In this document: positions 27,764 to 36,730 of the stretch, in pieces
Position numbering within the stretch: position 1 is the stretch's first letter
How the letters are laid out: the number at the start of each line of letters is the position of its first letter
Assembly (NCBI GenBank): GCA_045638465.1
Contig: JAZUBK010000017.1
Location: forward strand, 1 to 48,608
Direction: 5' to 3'
Source of the DNA: Clostridia bacterium
GTDB lineage: Bacteria > Bacillota > Clostridia > Christensenellales > UBA1242
Length of the DNA stretch: 48,608 bases
Program-made: the position numbers and the translations under genes
Notes under the pieces: model-generated
What the model saw: the letters and a program-made list of their open reading frames with translations, nothing else
What the model was told of the DNA's origin: nothing
Databases searched by the model: none

Positions 27764-28990
27764 ATGAAAACAGATAAAATATGTGTAATAATTTGCGAAT
27801 ATAACCCTTTGCACAATGGTCACAAATTACTTATCGACAAGGCTCGAGAATTAAGTGGCTGTAATTTTGTTGCCTGTATTATGAGCGGAAACTTTAGCCA
27901 AAGAGGTAACCCTTGTATATTAAATAAATATAGCAGAGCCCACCTTGCCCTACTTGCAGGAGCAGATATAGTCTTGCAACTGCCAACACCATATGCGTGT
28001 TCTTCGGCAGAAGTTTTTGCAAGGGGTGGTATCAATATCGCAAACAGCCTAAAAAATGTCTCTCACATCATCTTTGGTAGTGAGTGCGGAGATATAACTA
28101 AACTCAATGAAGTTGCTGACTTTTTTGCAAAAGAGCCAAAAGACTATCAAACCCTTTTGAAAAAACACCTGGAAAATGGCAATAGTTATCCAAACGCAAG
28201 AAACAAAGCAATAGAAGACCTTGCAAAAGATGGCAAAATATCTAGCGCTTTTGTTGATATTATTAACAAACCAAACAATATCTTGGGAATTGAATATCTA
28301 AAAGCCCTAAAACAAACCAAAAGTAAGATTATTCCGCTTACAATAGAGCGTCAAGGTGAAGATTATAATAGTAAAAATTTATCAACCTACGCTTCAGCCA
28401 GTGCCATAAGAGAGCTTTTGCTTGACAAAAAAGGTCTAAAAAATAGCGAAAAATATATGCCTTCTGAGTGCTACTCTACCTTTAAAGATTGTGTAGAAAA
28501 ACAAACGGTCAACACAAAACTTTTTGATGACCTAAAAATGTTTACTCTAAAAACAAAAAGTGTAGACACTCTAAAAAATATCTTTGACGTAACAGAAGGC
28601 CTTGAAAATCGTTTACACTCTCTTGCTAGAGAAACAACTACATTTTCAGACTTTGAAAACCTTTGTAAAACAAAAAGATATAGTAGCGCTAGGTTAAACC
28701 GTATTTGCCTTGCATCTATGCTAGATATTACAAAAGATATCACAGACAATGTTTACACAAACAACCAACCTTTTATCAAGGTTTTGGCTATTAAGAAAAA
28801 TAATATAATGAGTTTACTAGATAGTACAACACCACTAATTATAAGAAACAATGATATACCAAAGCTATCTTCAACCGCTCAAAAATTAATCGAAATAGAA
28901 GATAGAGCTGATGCGCTTTATAATCAATTAATAAACGTGCCAACTACTCTACCTTATCTATACCAACCAACACTTATACTAAACAAATAA
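27764..28990 (+). CDS. tmcAL: tRNA(Met) cytidine acetate ligase TmcAL (YlbM)
   Basis: EYNPLHNGH, MSGNFSQRG, FGSECG, PNNILGIEY, SASAIR and EGLENR. Confidence 0.93.
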   Translation: MKTDKICVIICEYNPLHNGHKLLIDKARELSGCNFVACIMSGNFSQRGNPCILNKYSRAHLALLAGADIVLQLPTPYACSSAEVFARGGINIANSLKNVSHIIFGSECGDITKLNEVADFFAKEPKDYQTLLKKHLENGNSYPNARNKAIEDLAKDGKISSAFVDIINKPNNILGIEYLKALKQTKSKIIPLTIERQGEDYNSKNLSTYASASAIRELLLDKKGLKNSEKYMPSECYSTFKDCVEKQTVNTKLFDDLKMFTLKTKSVDTLKNIFDVTEGLENRLHSLARETTTFSDFENLCKTKRYSSARLNRICLASMLDITKDITDNVYTNNQPFIKVLAIKKNNIMSLLDSTTPLIIRNNDIPKLSSTAQKLIEIEDRADALYNQLINVPTTLPYLYQPTLILNK

Positions 28991-29006
28991 CATAGGAGAA
29001 ATAACA

Positions 29007-29498
29007 ATGCCAAAAAGAGAAAATTATATCAGCTGGAACGACTACTTTATGGGGGTTGCTCTACTTGCCGCAAAAAGAAGTAAAGATCCAAACTCTCAAG
29101 TAGGTTGCTGCATCGCAACCGAAGATAATATCATCGTATCTGTGGGATACAATGGTTTTCCTAGGGGTTGTAGCGACGACGACTTGCCTTGGGAACGTGA
29201 AGGAGATTGGGGCGACACAAAATACCCATATGTAGTTCACGCCGAACAAAATGCAATTCTAAATAGTTTTAGAAACCTAAACGGCTGCAAACTATTTGTT
29301 ACATTATTTCCATGCAACGAATGTTGTAAAGCCATTATCCAATCAGGAATTAAAGAGGTATTTTATCTAAGTGACAAATACGCAACTAGCAAAGAAACAA
29401 TCGCTTCAAAAAGAATGTTTAACCTAGCTGGAATCAAAACTACAAAGTTTACCCCTAGCCAAGATACATTAACAATCGACTATAGAGTTGACAAATAA
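29007..29498 (+). CDS. dCMP deaminase
   Basis: RSKDP, GYNG, HAEQNAI and PCNEC zinc motif. Confidence 0.95.
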   Translation: MPKRENYISWNDYFMGVALLAAKRSKDPNSQVGCCIATEDNIIVSVGYNGFPRGCSDDDLPWEREGDWGDTKYPYVVHAEQNAILNSFRNLNGCKLFVTLFPCNECCKAIIQSGIKEVFYLSDKYATSKETIASKRMFNLAGIKTTKFTPSQDTLTIDYRVDK

Positions 29499-29506
29499 TA
29501 AAAAAT

Positions 29507-29535
29507 AAGAGCCATAATATGTCGGCTCTTTTTTT
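29507..29535 (+). terminator. Intrinsic terminator after the dCMP deaminase gene
   Basis: AAGAGCC/GGCTCTT hairpin plus T-run. Confidence 0.8.
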
Positions 29536-29586
29536 ATTTTATTAACCTTTAATTTAACCCCAAAATATTTCTAAAAATAAGCCATA

Positions 29587-29615
29587 GTATAATATTATCC
29601 ACTCAATCATACAAT
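29587..29615 (+). promoter_or_regulatory. SigE-like sporulation promoter of ylbJ
   Basis: ATA-16 bp-CATACAAT matches the SigE consensus ATa-N16/18-CATAcanT. Confidence 0.65.
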
Positions 29616-29620
29616 AAATT

Positions 29621-30595
29621 ATGTCAAAAACAAAAATAAACTATTTTCAAATAGCCTTTATATTCTTATCATTTTTTATTTTTATAACTATCATACTAAA
29701 CCCAAACTTATATTTAGGTTCGGTTTCAAAAGGCATACTTTTATGGGCAACAATTATTTTGCCAGGGCTCGTGCCATTTGTCTTTTTGTCTAATATAATG
29801 AGCAAACTTCCATATACATATACAATCTGCGCCCCTTTATCCTACCTTACAAAAAAATGTTTCCGCTCCCCCATCTGCACAGGTTACATATACTTTATGA
29901 GCATACTATCTGGTTATCCTTTGGGAGCAAAATTAATAAAAGATTTCCACGCAGCAGGTCACCTAACAGACCTTCAGGCAAAAACCGCAACTGCTTTTTG
30001 CTCTACCTCTGGCCCGATATTTATGATAGGTAGCGTAGGCGTTGGATTACTCAACAATTACAAAAGCGGAATAATAATATTTTGTGCACATATTTTAGCA
30101 TCGTTTGTTAATGGCATTTTATTCCGTCAAAAAGACAACCAACCCAGCACCCCGATATTAAATCACAATCCAAACAACCTATTGAGCAACAGCATGGAAC
30201 AAACGGTCATCTCCTGTATATTTGTAGGCGGTTTTATTTCTTTTGCCTATCTTCTTATTGACATTTTGTCAAATGTCGGAATCCTTAGCATAATTGGAAA
30301 CTTTGTCGATAATATACTTTTGTTTGGCAAAGCAAACTTCGGTCAATATCTTGCAAGTGGTATGTTTGAGGTAACTAGAGGTTGTTTAGATTTGTCACAA
30401 AGCAACCTAAGTATTATGTCAAAAACTATAATTGCAACAGGCCTTACTGCCTTTGGGGGGTTATCTGTGCATTTGCAATCAATGGGTTTTTTGTCTGCGG
30501 CAAATATAAAGTACACTTTCTTTTTAAAAACAAAAATAGCACATACTGTGATTGCAGTAGTGCTATCTTATATACTATGTATTATATTCTTTTAA
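29621..30595 (+). CDS. ylbJ: Sporulation integral membrane protein YlbJ-like
   Basis: W...ILPGLVPF, SGYPLGAK, STSGPIF, GMFEVTRG, FGGLSVHLQ and multiple TM helices. Confidence 0.88.
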   Translation: MSKTKINYFQIAFIFLSFFIFITIILNPNLYLGSVSKGILLWATIILPGLVPFVFLSNIMSKLPYTYTICAPLSYLTKKCFRSPICTGYIYFMSILSGYPLGAKLIKDFHAAGHLTDLQAKTATAFCSTSGPIFMIGSVGVGLLNNYKSGIIIFCAHILASFVNGILFRQKDNQPSTPILNHNPNNLLSNSMEQTVISCIFVGGFISFAYLLIDILSNVGILSIIGNFVDNILLFGKANFGQYLASGMFEVTRGCLDLSQSNLSIMSKTIIATGLTAFGGLSVHLQSMGFLSAANIKYTFFLKTKIAHTVIAVVLSYILCIIFF

Positions 30596-31459
30596 TTAAT
30601 CATTTTGAGCAAAGAATCTTGCATATGCGCCAGTTATATTTCTTAGGTTTTCTTTAAGTACTTTTTCAGAGCCACCTACTTCATTTATGGCGATCATAAG
30701 TGAACTCAAAAGCAACATATCTTTAAGCTCACAAACTTTAATAAGGCCTTTTAGAATAATTACAACATTTTCTCTTCTTACTGCTTTTTTGATATAAGGA
30801 GCAAGTTGTTGCATATACTCTGCTTGAGTCTTGATTTCTTCAAACAAAACATCAAGAGCTGTCTTTTCGATTTTTATATCTTCAGGGATAGCCATAGAAA
30901 CTGCGATTTCTTCTTCAGCCTCTTCTTCTACAACTTCTACCTTTTGACCTTCTAGTTGTTCTTTGATCTTTTGGTCGATTATGCTTAGTTCTTCTTTTGG
31001 TTCTTCCTTCTTTCTTGGCTCTGTAGAAACATCAAATAAACCCGCTATACTGTCTCTAAAAGGAATGATTACATGTTCAGAGAACTTATCATATTCTTCG
31101 TTTTGACCTTTTGCAAAAGGAAATTGAGTCTTTAAAAAGTAATTGAAGTCAACTCTCTTGCTATCGATTTGAACAAGCAAACAAAATACTATTGGTATAA
31201 GTTTGTAAGTCTCTGTAGGCAAAGCAAATGATGCATTTTCTGTACCAGTTTTTACGCAGCACTTCTTTAGCTCGTATTCAAAGTCAAAATTAATCATACA
31301 CTCAGCAAGTAGATTATAAATATCCCCACTACTAGCAATAGCCTTCAAAATTTTTGATATTTTAATATCCGCAAGGATAAATTTACCATTAATAAATTCG
31401 TTACAAGCCTCTACAAAATCTTGTACTTCATTTAGTTGTTCTGCAGTCAAATTAGCCAT
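30596..31459 (-). CDS. Hypothetical two-domain helical protein with an acidic linker
   Basis: 287-aa ORF with a GAGGT RBS and a TTTACA-17-TATATT promoter; no family recognised. Confidence 0.85.
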   Translation of the reverse strand: MANLTAEQLNEVQDFVEACNEFINGKFILADIKISKILKAIASSGDIYNLLAECMINFDFEYELKKCCVKTGTENASFALPTETYKLIPIVFCLLVQIDSKRVDFNYFLKTQFPFAKGQNEEYDKFSEHVIIPFRDSIAGLFDVSTEPRKKEEPKEELSIIDQKIKEQLEGQKVEVVEEEAEEEIAVSMAIPEDIKIEKTALDVLFEEIKTQAEYMQQLAPYIKKAVRRENVVIILKGLIKVCELKDMLLLSSLMIAINEVGGSEKVLKENLRNITGAYARFFAQND

Positions 31460-31563
31460 AAAAAATACCTCTATAAGATAAATATATCATAATAATTTTT
31501 AATTGTAAAACGATTATTAAAAGTCAAATTAAAATAATATTAACAAAAACCATCTAAAAAACA

Positions 31564-31603
31564 TTGTTTTATCTTATCCCTTGTGTTATAATTAAATGTC
31601 GAA
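31564..31603 (+). promoter_or_regulatory. SigA promoter with a Spo0A box at the start site
   Basis: TTGTTT-17 bp-TATAAT (31587-31592) with a TG extension; TGTCGAA at 31597-31603. Confidence 0.65.
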
Positions 31604-31626
31604 TTATAAAATACGGGGATAATAAT

Positions 31627-32199
31627 ATGGATTTTGTTGCTGACGCAATGGTAAACAAGTTAATATTATTGTTTGTACTTGACAAAATGGAGATTCCACT
31701 TACCGAAAACTCAATTATTGACATTTGTACAAGTAGAAACGGTTGGCTAAACTATATGGACTGCAAAGAGGTCCTATATCAACTACTAGAAGCCAAATTT
31801 ATCTACAAAACAGACAATAAACCAAAAACTATCCGCACTGAAACTGATGTAAAAAACGATGCAGTATTTAACATCACCTACGACGGAAGGAACTGCATAT
31901 CACACTTTTTCAACCGCATACCACTTAGCATGAGAGAAGAAATTTCTGCCTTTGCTAAACAAAACCGTATGACATTTAAACGTAGCCAAGAATATGTTGC
32001 AGATTATTTCAAAAACACCGAAGATGGCTCACATACAGTTGTTCTTCGTATCAAAGAACCTATGATGCCTCAATCAATGTTTGAAATAAAACTAAAGAGC
32101 CCTACTCGCCATGCAGCAGTAAATGCTTGTAAAAAGTGGCAAGAAAAAGCCCCTCAAATATACGAATACATTTTCGAAAATCTAATTGATAACAACTAA
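31627..32199 (+). CDS. DUF4364 family winged-helix protein
   Basis: NKLILLFVLDK...PLT, WLNY, ITYDG, ADY and ACKKWQEKAPQIY pattern. Start moved to 31627 after GGGGA. Confidence 0.85.
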   Translation: MDFVADAMVNKLILLFVLDKMEIPLTENSIIDICTSRNGWLNYMDCKEVLYQLLEAKFIYKTDNKPKTIRTETDVKNDAVFNITYDGRNCISHFFNRIPLSMREEISAFAKQNRMTFKRSQEYVADYFKNTEDGSHTVVLRIKEPMMPQSMFEIKLKSPTRHAAVNACKKWQEKAPQIYEYIFENLIDNN

Positions 32200-32237
32200 A
32201 AAACAACTTACCATTTATTTGATAAGTTGTTTTTTTT
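32198..32237. terminator. Bidirectional terminator
   Basis: AAAAACAACTTA/TAAGTTGTTTTT hairpin between convergent genes. Confidence 0.85.
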
Positions 32238-32238
32238 G

Positions 32239-33225
32239 TTATATTTTATCAATATTATATTTATCAGCTAAAGCTTCATAATCTTTCAATGTTTTTGCAG
32301 ATGCAGCATCGTTTTTAACTTCATCTAATTTTTCATTAAATCTTCTTGTATTTTCATTTTTGATATCTACCAATTTTTGTTCATATTTCTTAACAATATT
32401 ATTTCTAAAAAGATATATTCCAATTACAATAGCACCAATAGCAATTAAAGGAATAGATGTAGGAATAACCATAGATTTTTCCATATTAATATAAGTACCT
32501 AAAGGAATAAACAATGATAAAAGCAATAACAACCCCATAGCAGCAATATATCCACCAATCCAAACCATAGCCTTTGGAAATTTATTTTTTTGCTCTGGTT
32601 TTTTAACATAATCTACTCTTTCAGCAACACTAGCACTCGCAGATTTACTTATTAACTTTTCTTTATAATAATTAATTTTTGCATTTTGTCTTAATGTATC
32701 AATCCATTCTTTTTCACTAGCATTTGGGGCAACCTTTGTTGCAGTATTAAGTCCCCTTAATAATTCTTCTAAAATTTGATCAAAGTTATAGTCCCCCAAA
32801 CCATCATTTTTGCCATACAACCATTGATACTCATCTTCCATGTATGCAGCATAGTGCATAAGTACAAGACATCTCCAACCATCATAGTTTGTTGGATCTT
32901 TTTTTACCACTTCGTGAGCTAGGTTGTATGCAGTTTTGCATAGTGTAGGATCTAGATTTGTTCCTTCTAGCTTAAGATTAACATAATCATATCCAGCAGC
33001 TTTTAAAGTCTTATAGGCTTTTTCCAAATCCTTTTTTACTTTTGAGTCTGTTGTTTCACCATAATATATGTTTGTAGAATTATCTACATTTGTAATGTTT
33101 GTAACATTAATTACTTTTTCTGTTATAAACTCAGTGCCACAATGTTCGCAAACGCCTTTTTCCTGGCTATCATCTACCTTGATTGATGATCCGCACATTG
33201 TACATTTTGCAGCTACCATTGCCAT
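32239..33225 (-). CDS. Hypothetical membrane protein: N-terminal zinc ribbon, TPR-like helices, two TM segments
   Basis: CTMC...CEHC, KDPTNYDGW (TPR-like turn), two hydrophobic helices near the C-terminus; AAGGAG RBS. Confidence 0.85.
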   Translation of the reverse strand: MAMVAAKCTMCGSSIKVDDSQEKGVCEHCGTEFITEKVINVTNITNVDNSTNIYYGETTDSKVKKDLEKAYKTLKAAGYDYVNLKLEGTNLDPTLCKTAYNLAHEVVKKDPTNYDGWRCLVLMHYAAYMEDEYQWLYGKNDGLGDYNFDQILEELLRGLNTATKVAPNASEKEWIDTLRQNAKINYYKEKLISKSASASVAERVDYVKKPEQKNKFPKAMVWIGGYIAAMGLLLLLSLFIPLGTYINMEKSMVIPTSIPLIAIGAIVIGIYLFRNNIVKKYEQKLVDIKNENTRRFNEKLDEVKNDAASAKTLKDYEALADKYNIDKI

Positions 33226-33251
33226 AATATTCTTCTCCTTTGCTTTGATTT

Positions 33252-33314
33252 TGTGTCAATTTTTGACACACTCATCTTGTCTAAAGTATACCTTTCTCCC
33301 AAAAAAAATGTCAA
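33252..33314 (-). promoter_or_regulatory. SigA promoter with a downstream operator-like palindrome
   Basis: TTGACA-18 bp-TATACT (33285-33314); TGTGTCAA-N3-TTGACACA at 33252-33270. Confidence 0.7.
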
Positions 33315-33362
33315 GCGTATTTAATTAATTCCTTATTATTAGGTCACTTTATAATAAAAAAC

Positions 33363-33392
33363 AAAACCTATCATATTTTTGATAGGTTTTTT
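33363..33392. terminator. Terminator after the GNAT gene
   Basis: AAAACCTATCA/TGATAGGTTTT hairpin. Confidence 0.75.
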
Positions 33393-33399
33393 AATATTA

Positions 33400-33855
33400 T
33401 TATTGTTCTAGCGGTTTTTCTTTTGGAGTCAACGAATAATCAACATCCTTATTTCGCCCTAAAATCTCTTCTCTATTTAGAGATTTAGAAATATATTGTT
33501 CATAGCCATCTCTATATATTTGATATCCATGACTTTCATAAAAATCTTTTGAGTATTCTGCACCTTCACCATCTGGATAAAATCTACCATCGACAAATGA
33601 TGCACGGCTTCGACATGCATAGTCTTCAAAGCAATTTAGCATAACAGTCCCCACGCCTGTTCTCAAAAAGTCAGGATCACTCACTTTAAATGACCAAATA
33701 TAAGCAGTGCCATCTTTTAGTCTAAAATTTAAATATCCTATTTGGTGCAAATCTTTGCTATCATATGCAGTGATAGAGTTTGTGCTATCATAAAATTCCC
33801 CTCTTTCAAGTTCTAGCTGCACCTTTCTGTCGTCTTTTACTATAAATTCTTTCAT
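33400..33855 (-). CDS. GNAT family N-acetyltransferase
   Basis: IGYLNF, acetyl-CoA motif A (V.DPDFLRTGVGT) and FYESHGY. Confidence 0.85.
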   Translation of the reverse strand: MKEFIVKDDRKVQLELERGEFYDSTNSITAYDSKDLHQIGYLNFRLKDGTAYIWSFKVSDPDFLRTGVGTVMLNCFEDYACRSRASFVDGRFYPDGEGAEYSKDFYESHGYQIYRDGYEQYISKSLNREEILGRNKDVDYSLTPKEKPLEQ

Positions 33856-33861
33856 ACTTTT

Positions 33862-33890
33862 AGTATAACATTTATAATATAGTTTTTCAA
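33862..33890 (-). promoter_or_regulatory. SigA promoter abutting the GNAT start codon (leaderless)
   Basis: TTGAAA-17 bp-TATACT with a TG extension, 6 nt before ATG; no SD. Confidence 0.7.
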
Positions 33891-33943
33891 TAATCTAACT
33901 ATATTTTTTGATTAAAAACTTATGTTCTATTTCAAATAGCAAC

Positions 33944-33974
33944 AAAAAACTAGGTAACACTTTACCTAGTTTTT
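33944..33974 (-). terminator. Terminator after valS
   Basis: AAAAACTAGGTAA/TTACCTAGTTTTT hairpin. Confidence 0.85.
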
Positions 33975-33986
33975 ATATGTTTTATA

Positions 33987-36605
33987 TTACAACGCTTTGA
34001 TTGCTTCGATAATTGTTTCTTTCAAAGCTTTGTTTTTCTCAAGTTTTGCTTTTTCGTTTTCTATCATTTGCGCTGGAGCTTTGTTTACAAAACCAGGGTT
34101 TGATAGCATCTTTTCGCTTCTTGAGATTTCAAACTCAACTGCAGTTAATTCTTTGTTTAGTCTGATTAATTCTTGTGAACTATCAATCATAGAACTCATA
34201 GGAATAAATACTTTAGCTATGTCAAATATCATTGTAACTGAGTTAGAATCAACGTCTTTTTCGTCGTATACAAATGATACTTCACTTGCAGTTGTAAGTT
34301 TTGCGATATATTTTGTAGAATAAATCAAGATATTTTCATCTTTGATTGCCATGATAACTACTCTGATTTTTTTGTTATCAGGGATATTCTTTTCGTTACG
34401 AGCATTACGGATATTTCTTATAATGTTCATAATATCTAGAGTGCTCTTTGATTCTTTAGCAAAGTTATATGCTTTGTTAACTTCTGGCCAGTTAGAAATT
34501 ACGATACTTTCATCATGTTTTGGAAGTGAAAGGTAAATTTCTTCTGTAATAAATGGAATAAATGGGTGAAGCATTTTTAGAAGTGCAGTAAGTACATAAA
34601 TAAGTGTTGCTACTGTTGCCTCTTTTTCACTTTCGCTATCGCTCATAATGTGAGTTTTTGCAAGTTCGATGTACCAGTCACAAAACTTAGTCCAGAAGAA
34701 ATCATAAAGTTCACTAGCAGCCATACCGATATCGTATTTTTCAAACTTATTATCGATACTTTCGATAAGTTTGTTAAGTTCAGTCAAGATCCATTTATCT
34801 GCCATATTTAGTGTTACGTCAGCAAGGTCTTTAACTTTAACGTTTTCAGTTTGCATCAAAACAAATCTACTAGCGTTCCAGATTTTATTGATGAAGTTTC
34901 TGTTTAATTCAACTTTCTTTTCTGAGAATTTGCTATCCATATCGATAGAAACACCATTAAATAGTGAGAATCTCAATGTATCTACGCCAAATTCTTCGAT
35001 AATCTCTACAGGGTCAACGCCGTTGCCTAGGCTCTTACTCATTTTTTTGCCTTTGGCGTCTTTTACTGTTCCGTTAATCAAAACTTCTTTAAATGGGATA
35101 TCTCCCCTATACTCTAGACCACTAAATATCATTCTAGCAACCCAAAGTTGTATGATTTCTTGAGCAGTAACCATTACGTTTGTTGGGTAGAAATAGTCAA
35201 GCTCTGGTGTTTTTTCTGGATAACCCAAAGTTGATAGTGGCCATAGCGCTGAGCTAAACCAAGTATCCAAAGTATCTTCTTCTTGAACTAGGTGTTTGCT
35301 ACCGCACTTAGGACATACTGTTGGGTCTTCCATTTCAACGATAACTTCTCCGCAATCTTGACATGTAAAGATAGGAATACGGTGACCGCTCCAAAGTTGT
35401 CTTGAAATACACCAGTCTTTAATGTTTTTCATCCAGTGAAGGTAGATTTTTTTGAATCTTTCTTCAGTGAAGTGTACGCTATCATTTTCTACTACTTCAA
35501 TAGCTGGTTTTGCAAGTTCATCCATCTTAACAAACCATTGACTAGAAATAAGAGGTTCGATAACTGTTTTGCATCTATCACAATGACCTACATTGTGTGT
35601 ATAATCTTCAATTTTAACTAGATTGCCTAGTTTTTCAAGTTCAGCAACTACGGCCTTTCTTGCGTCCATTCTGTCCATACCGGCAAATTTACCAGCAAGT
35701 TCGTTCATTCTGCCGTCTTCATCGATAACTTTGATAACCTCAAGGTTGTGTCTTAGGCCTACCTCAAAGTCATTAGGGTCATGTGCAGGAGTAATTTTTA
35801 CAACGCCTGTACCAAAATCCATCTCTACATAATCATCAGCTACAATAGGAATAGCTTTGTTTAAAATAGGAAGAATTACATTTTTGCCAACTAGTTTTGT
35901 ATATCTTTTATCTTTTGGGTTTACAGCTACTGCAGTATCACCAAGCATAGTTTCTGGTCTTGTTGTTGCAATTTCAATATAATCGTTTGTGCCTTCAATT
36001 TGGTATCTCATATGCCAGAAATTGCCTTTAACTTCTTTAAAGTCAACTTCTATATCAGAGATTGAGCTTTTACAGTGTGGACACCAGTTAACTATTCTCT
36101 TACCTTTGTAAATCCAACCTTTTTTGTACAAATGAACAAATACTTCTCTTACTGCCCTGCAGTTTACTTCGTCCATAGTAAATCTTAGTCTATCCCAGTC
36201 GCAAGAATAACCCATGCGTTTGAATTGACTAATGATTGTACCTTTGTATTCATCATACCACTCAGCGATATATTTACCAAAAGCCTCTCTACCGATATCT
36301 TCTTTTTTGATACCAGCTTTTGCTAGTTTTTCTACAACTTTTGCTTCTGTGGCAATAGCAGCGTGATCTGTACCAGGTAGCCACAAAGCTTCAAAGCCTT
36401 GCATTCTTTTGCGTCTGATAATAATATCTTGTATTGTTTGTTGAAAAGCGTGGCCCATATGCAATTTGCTTGTAATATTTGGTGGAGGCATAATAATTGT
36501 AAAAGGTGTCTTGTCAGGGTTAACCTTTGCTTTAAAATAGCCTTTTTTCAACCACTTTTCATATAATCTTTCTTCAAAATCCTTAGGATTGTATATCTTT
36601 TCCAT
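33987..36605 (-). CDS. valS: Valyl-tRNA ligase
   Basis: PPPNIT..LHMGH, GTDHAAIAT, ATTRPET, ITPAHDPND, WCISRQLW, KMSKS and a C-terminal coiled coil. Confidence 0.99.
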   Translation of the reverse strand: MEKIYNPKDFEERLYEKWLKKGYFKAKVNPDKTPFTIIMPPPNITSKLHMGHAFQQTIQDIIIRRKRMQGFEALWLPGTDHAAIATEAKVVEKLAKAGIKKEDIGREAFGKYIAEWYDEYKGTIISQFKRMGYSCDWDRLRFTMDEVNCRAVREVFVHLYKKGWIYKGKRIVNWCPHCKSSISDIEVDFKEVKGNFWHMRYQIEGTNDYIEIATTRPETMLGDTAVAVNPKDKRYTKLVGKNVILPILNKAIPIVADDYVEMDFGTGVVKITPAHDPNDFEVGLRHNLEVIKVIDEDGRMNELAGKFAGMDRMDARKAVVAELEKLGNLVKIEDYTHNVGHCDRCKTVIEPLISSQWFVKMDELAKPAIEVVENDSVHFTEERFKKIYLHWMKNIKDWCISRQLWSGHRIPIFTCQDCGEVIVEMEDPTVCPKCGSKHLVQEEDTLDTWFSSALWPLSTLGYPEKTPELDYFYPTNVMVTAQEIIQLWVARMIFSGLEYRGDIPFKEVLINGTVKDAKGKKMSKSLGNGVDPVEIIEEFGVDTLRFSLFNGVSIDMDSKFSEKKVELNRNFINKIWNASRFVLMQTENVKVKDLADVTLNMADKWILTELNKLIESIDNKFEKYDIGMAASELYDFFWTKFCDWYIELAKTHIMSDSESEKEATVATLIYVLTALLKMLHPFIPFITEEIYLSLPKHDESIVISNWPEVNKAYNFAKESKSTLDIMNIIRNIRNARNEKNIPDNKKIRVVIMAIKDENILIYSTKYIAKLTTASEVSFVYDEKDVDSNSVTMIFDIAKVFIPMSSMIDSSQELIRLNKELTAVEFEISRSEKMLSNPGFVNKAPAQMIENEKAKLEKNKALKETIIEAIKAL

Positions 36606-36700
36606 AAGTAACTCCTTAAATCTAACATAATAGTTTTATCAAAAATATATATAAAATGTCAAATAATAGACACTAAAATAAAAAATACTTTTACTTTAAT

Positions 36701-36730
36701 AAAAAAAGCACAGGCAAAATAGCCTATGCT
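36701..36730 (-). terminator. Terminator after the small membrane protein gene
   Basis: AGCATAGGC/GCCTGTGCT hairpin plus T-run. Confidence 0.75.

Noticed and set aside
29007-29498. Calling the dCMP deaminase comEB as part of a competence locus
   Set aside because: No comEA or comEC adjacent; it reads as an ordinary dCMP deaminase downstream of tmcAL.
33400-33855. GNAT as the toxin of a toxin-antitoxin pair
   Set aside because: No adjacent RHH/DUF1778 antitoxin ORF, and the gene is isolated by terminators.
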